Source: Pseudomonadota bacterium
Lineage (GTDB): Bacteria > Bdellovibrionota > Bdellovibrionia > Bdellovibrionales > SG-bin7
NCBI GenBank assembly: GCA_034439715.1
Contig: JAWXAY010000075.1
Location: forward strand, 15,468 to 79,467
Direction of reading: 5' to 3'
DNA: 64,000 nucleotides
This document shows positions 57,988 to 64,000 of this stretch, one piece after another (position 1 is the first letter of the stretch; each line of letters opens with the position of its first letter). The notes under the pieces were generated by a model that ran no database searches, was not told where the DNA came from, and was given only the letters and a program-made list of their open reading frames with translations. Both the position numbers and the translations under genes were made by a program.

Positions 57988-58734
57988 TTATATCAAAGGT
58001 TGGCGTAACATAACGCTGCGATAAGCGTGCAATGCGATGGATGCCGCGACCGCGGCATTGAGTGACTCCACTGTTTTAGTCATGGCTATCGAAATTTTAG
58101 TTGAAAACTCCATATCCCAGAGTCCAGGTCCCTCTTCTCCAACCAGAAGCCTTATATTTTGTTTCCATGGAAATTTATCAATAGGAGTACCACCAAAGTC
58201 CAGTGCAACTAGACCTTTAACGTTTGATAAAGCCTTTATGGATGGACCTTGTTCTAGCTTTAGTTTCAGAACGGCGCCACTGGAACTTCGTACAGCAAGT
58301 GGTAAATAAGGGTTAGCGGCTTCAGTTAATAATACCAATTTAGAAACTCCAAACGCTAACGCCGAGCGCATCATGGCGCCAAGATTTCTAGGATCACCAA
58401 AGGGGCACAGAAGTTCTAGCCCCTTCGGAGCTGCGTCAGGATTCCATTTTTCAATTCGATTTGCACGGCAAACAAGCAGGGAGGATTTCGTATTAAACTG
58501 ATCGAGCTCTTTAAATAATTTTTTTTCAATGAGGTGCGTCTGGTGCTTCAAACTAAGTTTCGGTCCAAATTCTTCAGAAGCTAGCACTTCTATGACTTTT
58601 TCGGGATATTGAGCAAGAATTTCTTCTATCACTTTTTGCCCCGAAACCAAAAACTGTTTTTGTTTTAATATTCCCTGAGAGTCAGAGAGCGAGTGCCAGC
58701 GTTTGTAGTTAAGGTTCGTCGAACTTGTAATCAT
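57988..58734 (-). CDS. TrmH/SpoU-family RNA methyltransferase
   Basis: DPRNLGAMMRSA, VGEEGPG, ESLNAAVAASI. Confidence 0.9.
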   Translation of the reverse strand: MITSSTNLNYKRWHSLSDSQGILKQKQFLVSGQKVIEEILAQYPEKVIEVLASEEFGPKLSLKHQTHLIEKKLFKELDQFNTKSSLLVCRANRIEKWNPDAAPKGLELLCPFGDPRNLGAMMRSALAFGVSKLVLLTEAANPYLPLAVRSSSGAVLKLKLEQGPSIKALSNVKGLVALDFGGTPIDKFPWKQNIRLLVGEEGPGLWDMEFSTKISIAMTKTVESLNAAVAASIALHAYRSVMLRQPLI

Positions 58735-59432
58735 AATTTAGTGTAAACCACAAGCCGCCTGTCATGAGGAGTTTTTGGGATCTGGTAGGGGATGTCAGCC
58801 TTCAATTCAAAGGCGTTTTTTAATTCCAGCTGAGCCCGTTGGATTTCTTCGCTGACATTGGGACCTTTCATAAAATAAACTTCTCCGTCTTTTGGCACAA
58901 AATGAGCAATGCGTCTGAGGTTGCCGGGGATCTCCTCGACCGCCCGAGTGATAAAGCCAGGGGCGGGATAGTGAAAGTCTGCATCAATTTTGCGACCAAT
59001 GATATCTAAATTTTTTAGTTCTAGTTCCTCCCGCACGATTTTTAAAAAATCCACCTTTTTTTGCACACCTTCAACGAGGATAATGCGTTCCTCAGGAAAG
59101 CAAATTTTTAGCGGAATGCCCGGGAAACCTGCTCCCGAGCCCATATCTATTAAAGGGAACTTTAGCTTAACTAACCTGGGAACCAAGACACAATCGATAA
59201 AGTGTTTAATGGCGACATCTCGCAATTTTACGAGACGAGTAAGATTATATGTCTTTTGGTGTTTCATGAGCAGAAAATAAAACTTTAGAAGTTTCTGTCT
59301 TTTTTCGCGCGAAAAGTCAGGGAGGCCATGATTACGAAACAATTCTTCGAGCCTTTCGCTGGCTTCACGAAAATTGAAGTTTTCGGTAGGCAAGCGATGG
59401 CGGCTAAGGGGCACTATCTTTACTTTACGCAT
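58731..59432 (-). CDS. rsmG: 16S rRNA m7G527 methyltransferase
   Basis: YNLTR, KHFIDC, DMGSGAGFPGIPL, TRAV, MKG. Confidence 0.92.
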   Translation of the reverse strand: MRKVKIVPLSRHRLPTENFNFREASERLEELFRNHGLPDFSREKRQKLLKFYFLLMKHQKTYNLTRLVKLRDVAIKHFIDCVLVPRLVKLKFPLIDMGSGAGFPGIPLKICFPEERIILVEGVQKKVDFLKIVREELELKNLDIIGRKIDADFHYPAPGFITRAVEEIPGNLRRIAHFVPKDGEVYFMKGPNVSEEIQRAQLELKNAFELKADIPYQIPKTPHDRRLVVYTKL

Positions 59433-59483
59433 TAGGCTTCCTTTTTATTTGATACCGGTGACAAAATAATACAATATTTGTCG

Positions 59484-60503
59484 ATGTACCAAGAGAAAGT
59501 TAAGGCCATCCAAAATGAAGCCAAGGAATCCTTTTTAAAAGCACAATCCGTGAAAGAACTATACGAATTTAAGGTCAAATACATGGGAAAGAGCGGACTC
59601 CTATCTCAACTCATGAAAGAAATGGGGGATTTGCCTAAAGAACAAAAGCCCCTTATGGGGAAATGGCTCAATGAGGCCAAAACGGTGCTTGAGGCCTTAT
59701 ACAGCGAGCAAGAGACAATCCTTAAGACTAAAGAGCTAGGCTCAAAGCTTGTGTCAGAACGTTTGGATTTAACTTTACCTGGCGTTTTTGCTTTTTCGGG
59801 CTCTGCTCATCCTATTAAAACTCTGATGGATAACATTATCGAAATTCTAGAACGACTAGGCTTTAGTGTGCGCCTTGGCCCCATGATTGAGTCTGACAGA
59901 AATAACTTTGAAGCCTTAAATATTCCCGCTGACCATCCGGCTCGAGATATGCAGGACACTTTTTATATTGATAATAAATATGTATTACGAACCCACACTA
60001 GTCCCGTGCAGATTCGCACCATGGAGACAGAAAAACCCCCCATTAAAATTGTCGCGCCTGGGGCCGTTTTTCGCTGTGATAGCGACCAAACACATTTACC
60101 TAATTTTCATCAAATTGAAGGGTTGCTCATCGACCGTAAGGTCTCAATGGCGGATCTTAAGGGCACCATCGCCTACTTTTTTAGAGAAATATTTGGCAGC
60201 AAAACAAAAATTAGATTAAGGCCTTCGTTTTTTCCATTTACAGAACCTTCGGCAGAATTTGATTGCTCTTGTACAAAGTGTGGAGGAAATGGTTGCAGCC
60301 TTTGCAAGGGCACAGGCTGGATGGAAATGGGCGGATGTGGCCTCGTTCACCCTGAGGTTTTTCGACAATGTGGAATCAAGTATCCTGAGTGGCAGGGGTT
60401 TGCCTTCGGTTTCGGTATTGAACGCATGGCTATGATTAAATATGGTATTGATGATATTCGACTATTCAACGAAAACGATCTCCGATTCTTGAGGCAGTTC
60501 TAA
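59484..60503 (+). CDS. pheS: Phenylalanine--tRNA ligase alpha subunit
   Basis: [34 protein letters not shown]. Confidence 0.97.
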   Translation: MYQEKVKAIQNEAKESFLKAQSVKELYEFKVKYMGKSGLLSQLMKEMGDLPKEQKPLMGKWLNEAKTVLEALYSEQETILKTKELGSKLVSERLDLTLPGVFAFSGSAHPIKTLMDNIIEILERLGFSVRLGPMIESDRNNFEALNIPADHPARDMQDTFYIDNKYVLRTHTSPVQIRTMETEKPPIKIVAPGAVFRCDSDQTHLPNFHQIEGLLIDRKVSMADLKGTIAYFFREIFGSKTKIRLRPSFFPFTEPSAEFDCSCTKCGGNGCSLCKGTGWMEMGGCGLVHPEVFRQCGIKYPEWQGFAFGFGIERMAMIKYGIDDIRLFNENDLRFLRQF

Positions 60504-60504
60504 T

Positions 60505-62940
60505 ATGAAATTTTCATTGAAGTGGATCAACGAATATGTCGACATTAAAGAATATCTGCTTGAACCACAAAAATTGGCGAAAATTTTGACCAACACTGGG
60601 CTTGAAGTTGAGGAAATCGATAACGCCAAAGAAAAGTTTAACAAGGTGGTTGTGGGTCAAGTTATGGAGCGCGGAGCTCACCCCAATGCGGATCGCTTGA
60701 CCTTGTGTCAAGTCAGCATAGGGAGCGGTGTGGTTCAGCAAATTGTGTGCGGCGCCAAGAACCACCAGGTAGGAAACAAGGTCGTAGTTGCTTTACCAGG
60801 AGCGATTCTTCCGGGAAATTTTGAAATTAAAATCTCTAAAATCCGTGGCATCGAATCTTTAGGTATGCTCTGTTCTGAAAAAGAATTAGGATTTTCGCAA
60901 GAAGGTGAAGGCATTGTCATTCTTGATAAAGAAGCTCCCATCGGAAAATCCTATGCAGAGTACAAAGGCCTAGATGACATTTTTTTTGAAATTAAAGTTA
61001 CGCCAAACAGATCTGACGTCAACAGCCACTTCGGTTTAGCACGAGAAATTGCTTGCCTCACCGGAAAAGAATACGGATTTCCGATTAAAAGTTTTGAAGA
61101 AATCGGTGAGTCCACAAAAAACAAAATTAAACTTGAGGTCAAAGACGCTAAGCGCTGCCCCAGATACACCGGCCGCTATATTAAAAATGTAAAAATAGGT
61201 CCCAGTCCCGATTGGCTAAAGGCTCGCCTTGAGTCACTGGGGCTAAATTCCATTAACAATGTAGTGGATATCACAAATTTTGTTATGTTGGAGCTGGGGC
61301 AACCCTTACATGCTTTTGATGCGGATCAAATAGCGGGACAAAAAATTACAGTCGATAGTTCAAAACCCAATGAGGTTTTTATCTCATTTGATAAGTCTGA
61401 AATCAAATTAACAGGTGAAGAGCTGATGATTCGTGACGGAGAGAGACCTGTCGCATTGGCGGGAGTGGTAGGCGGCTTAAACACGGGAGTCAGCGAAAAA
61501 ACTAAAAATATTTTTTTAGAGTCGGCATATTTCGTAGCCGCTGCAGTCAGAAAGACCTCGCGAAAATTTGGTATCGAAACGGATTCGGGGTATAGATTTT
61601 CGCGGGGCGTGGATCCTGAGAGTGTTTTGTTGGCGCAAAATCGCGCGACCGAAATGATTGCGTCACTGGCGGGCGGCGAGATTTTGGGCGACATCTACGA
61701 TATTTATCCCGAACGACTTGAGAAAAAAGAAGTGCAGGTAGCCATCGATTTCGTGGCCCAACAGTTGGCCATTGAAATCAATCCCGAAAAATTTATCGAA
61801 ACAATAAAAAAAATAGGCTGTAAGGTGAGCGTCCAGAGCGACGGAATGTATAGGGTCAAGCCCCCTGGTTATCGGCATGATTTAGAGCTTGAGATCGATT
61901 TTGTAGAAGAGTACGCGCGTCTTTTGGGTTTTGAGCACATTCCTGAAAAATTACCAGCAACCCAACACAGCCCGACACCTCATAACAACTCTTATACGAA
62001 CGAAAACAGTGTGCACAATATGGTACAAAGCCAGGGCTATCAGCAGGCCATAAATTTTGCTTTTGTAAAAGCGGGATTTCAAAAAACAATATTGGGAGAT
62101 GTTAGAAAGTTACGTGACCTGGGCTTACCTATGAGTGACGAGCCGGTCGCGCTAAAAAATCCATTAAATGAAGACGTGAATGTCATGCGAACCTCACTAG
62201 TCCCAAGTCTTATCAAAAATCTCGATTTTAATTATCGCCATGACGTCGCCGAAGGCCGTCTCTACGAAATCGGTTTTGTTTTCGATGGGAAAGAGGGATC
62301 CTATGGGCAAGAGTCTCGCTTAAGTTTTGTAGCATGGGGCTCTCACAAAGGACTCTGGAGCGCCAAAGAAGTACCCGTTGTGTTTGAAGTGAAGTCTGTT
62401 ATTGAAAGCCTGCTGTTAGGGCTTCGTTCTAAAAGTTGGTCTTGGCAAAATCTCGAAAGCGCCAAAGTGCCTGATTTTTTACATCCCGGCCAAAGCGCTT
62501 CACTTTTTTATGAAGGCAAGACTATTGGAGTTGTCGGAACACTTCATCCGAAAATTCGCGAAGAAATGAAATTACGCTGTGACGTCGCCGTTGGCGAAAT
62601 AAATTTAGAAAAGCTGATGCAAGGTCAGCCCAAAATTCCAAAATTTTCAAAACTGCCCAAGTTCGCGGCTGTGGATCGAGATTTGGCTTTTGTAATGCCC
62701 ATTAAATTAACTGTTGGTGAAGTAACGAATGAAATTAGAAAGGTGGGGGGCAGCCTCATTAAAGACATAGAAGTCTTTGACGTGTTTGAGGGGGGTGATG
62801 TACCAGAGGGACATAAGTCCGTAGCTTTTCGTTATAAGGTTCAGGACCCAGAAACTACGCTCTCTGATGAGGTGCTACTCAGCCTGCAAAAGAAGGTTAT
62901 TGACTCCATTAGTCAAAAGTTTTCGATAACCGTGAGATAA
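60505..62940 (+). CDS. pheT: Phenylalanine--tRNA ligase beta subunit
   Basis: HPNADRL, IVCGAKN, TPNRSD, GQPLHAFD, RDLAF. Confidence 0.97.
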   Translation: MKFSLKWINEYVDIKEYLLEPQKLAKILTNTGLEVEEIDNAKEKFNKVVVGQVMERGAHPNADRLTLCQVSIGSGVVQQIVCGAKNHQVGNKVVVALPGAILPGNFEIKISKIRGIESLGMLCSEKELGFSQEGEGIVILDKEAPIGKSYAEYKGLDDIFFEIKVTPNRSDVNSHFGLAREIACLTGKEYGFPIKSFEEIGESTKNKIKLEVKDAKRCPRYTGRYIKNVKIGPSPDWLKARLESLGLNSINNVVDITNFVMLELGQPLHAFDADQIAGQKITVDSSKPNEVFISFDKSEIKLTGEELMIRDGERPVALAGVVGGLNTGVSEKTKNIFLESAYFVAAAVRKTSRKFGIETDSGYRFSRGVDPESVLLAQNRATEMIASLAGGEILGDIYDIYPERLEKKEVQVAIDFVAQQLAIEINPEKFIETIKKIGCKVSVQSDGMYRVKPPGYRHDLELEIDFVEEYARLLGFEHIPEKLPATQHSPTPHNNSYTNENSVHNMVQSQGYQQAINFAFVKAGFQKTILGDVRKLRDLGLPMSDEPVALKNPLNEDVNVMRTSLVPSLIKNLDFNYRHDVAEGRLYEIGFVFDGKEGSYGQESRLSFVAWGSHKGLWSAKEVPVVFEVKSVIESLLLGLRSKSWSWQNLESAKVPDFLHPGQSASLFYEGKTIGVVGTLHPKIREEMKLRCDVAVGEINLEKLMQGQPKIPKFSKLPKFAAVDRDLAFVMPIKLTVGEVTNEIRKVGGSLIKDIEVFDVFEGGDVPEGHKSVAFRYKVQDPETTLSDEVLLSLQKKVIDSISQKFSITVR

Positions 62941-62993
62941 AAATCTTGAAAGTTTCCAGCCACTTGGTACCCTTTTTGAGGGGGAACCTTCTT

Positions 62994-63329
62994 ATGCCAG
63001 CTCGCAATATTGCCAGTCACAGCACCATTACAAAAGCAGACCTCGTTGAAAAGGTTTATCAAAAAATAGGCTTCTCCAAAAAAGAAGCGAGTGAACTTGT
63101 GGATTTAGTTTTTAATACCTTAAAGGGTGTTTTGGTTGAAGGTGACAACGTAAAAATTTCGGGCTTTGGTAATTTTATCGTGCGTGGAAAAAACCAACGA
63201 ATTGGTCGAAATCCTCAAACAAATGAACAGATAACTATCAGTGCCCGTCGTGTTTTAACTTTCCGCGCGAGCCAAGTTCTAAAGGCGATTCTTCTCGGTC
63301 AGGATGTCACTGGTTTGAAAGACGATTGA
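62994..63329 (+). CDS. ihfA: Integration host factor alpha subunit
   Basis: TKADL, KISGFGNF, GRNPQT; position after pheT; start taken at ATG 62994. Confidence 0.93.
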   Translation: MPARNIASHSTITKADLVEKVYQKIGFSKKEASELVDLVFNTLKGVLVEGDNVKISGFGNFIVRGKNQRIGRNPQTNEQITISARRVLTFRASQVLKAILLGQDVTGLKDD

Positions 63330-63339
63330 GGTACAACTG

Positions 63340-63789
63340 ATGGATATTCAGCAGCACCCGCAAGACAAGGCTCTAGACAAGCGAGTGCTCACACATTTGC
63401 TGGATGACGAGAGTTTGCTGCAGAGTCTTCAAAATATTCCGGATAAAATGGCATTTAAAATTGGTGAAGTGGCGGTACTTGCAATGTTAAAACAGCATGT
63501 ACTTCGCTATTGGGAGCAGGAGTTTGAACTCTTGGCTCCAAAAAAATCAAATCACAATCAGCGCATGTATACGCGAAAAGACGTTGAGACTGTTTTATTG
63601 ATCAAAAAGTTGCTTTATAAAGATAAGTTTTCAATTTCAGGCGCGCGTGAAGTGTTACGCAGGTCTCGCCAAGAAATGCGTAAAGATAAGGGTCTCAAGG
63701 AAGTTATCAAGGGCTACACCCGAGTGCATACAAAGGCCAAAGTGCTTCTCAGTGAAATTCGCCACGCTCGCGCCCGCTTAGGCCTCTAA
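63340..63789 (+). CDS. MerR-family transcriptional regulator
   Basis: FKIGEV...HVLRYWEQEF...RMY; conserved ihfA-merR-tRNA-Pro context. Confidence 0.9.
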   Translation: MDIQQHPQDKALDKRVLTHLLDDESLLQSLQNIPDKMAFKIGEVAVLAMLKQHVLRYWEQEFELLAPKKSNHNQRMYTRKDVETVLLIKKLLYKDKFSISGAREVLRRSRQEMRKDKGLKEVIKGYTRVHTKAKVLLSEIRHARARLGL

Positions 63790-63795
63790 ATTATC

Positions 63796-63824
63796 TTGAT
63801 TTCAAAAATTCATAGATTTAGATT
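63796..63824 (+). promoter_or_regulatory. Candidate sigma70 promoter of the tRNA-Pro gene
   Basis: TTGATT-N17-TAGATT, 25 nt upstream of the tRNA. Confidence 0.45.
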
Positions 63825-63849
63825 AGCAGCTGACTTTTGCTAGTAGCGT

Positions 63850-63926
63850 CGGCGCGTGGCTCAGCTTGGTAGAGCACTTGCTTGGGGTGCAAGGGGTCGC
63901 TGGTTCAAATCCAGTCGCGCCGACCA
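63850..63926 (+). tRNA. tRNA-Pro (anticodon GGG)
   Basis: CGGCGCG/CGCGCCG acceptor stem, D arm, CTTGC-TTGGGGT-GCAAG anticodon arm, GGTTCAAATCC T arm and encoded CCA. Confidence 0.96.
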
Positions 63927-64000
63927 ATTTTCGAATACTGTTTGAGTAAGAAAAGCAAAAAACCTAAGGATCGTAACTAATTAATAACACTGAAAAGCAC

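Noticed and set aside
60260..60320. Cys cluster ([14 protein letters not shown]) in PheS as a novel insertion
   Set aside because: This zinc-ribbon-like insert is common in PheS from several phyla
63850..64000. Integrated element at tRNA-Pro
   Set aside because: Only 74 nt remain after the tRNA, with no integrase or duplicated tRNA 3' end visible
1..64000. CRISPR array, rRNA, prophage or defence system
   Set aside because: No regularly spaced repeats, no long non-coding stretch, and no cas, phage or recognisable defence genes seen

Overview
Bacterial chromosomal segment whose gene content and order suggest a Bdellovibrionota-like (deltaproteobacterial-type) organism; this is inferred from gene context, not from a search. 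It is mostly core genome: a partial stand-alone EF-G, recQ, aat, ssb, a complete type II secretion operon (gspC-N), system II cytochrome c biogenesis genes followed by an alternative complex III operon (actA-F), thrS-infC-rpmI-rplT, a class II HMG-CoA reductase, rsmG, and pheS-pheT-ihfA-merR-tRNA-Pro. The most interesting part is a tightly coupled 10-gene minus-strand operon at about 5.5-12.7 kb that looks like an uncharacterised RiPP pathway. It encodes an HprK-like kinase, a PqqD/RRE, a radical SAM enzyme with a reduced SPASM domain, a 62-aa precursor (YxxP leader, two Cys-Asn motifs, C-terminal Ser), an S26 peptidase, a nucleotidyltransferase, an ABC exporter, a methyltransferase and a GT4 glycosyltransferase, but no lasso cyclase. 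Other points: a monocistronic Pro/Asp-periodic secreted miniprotein, a shortened HUH/Y1 transposase-like gene with upstream hairpins, an ATT-initiated infC, several secreted hydrolases, and candidate sigma54 and sigma28 promoters. All calls come from motif recognition by eye; no database searches were run.
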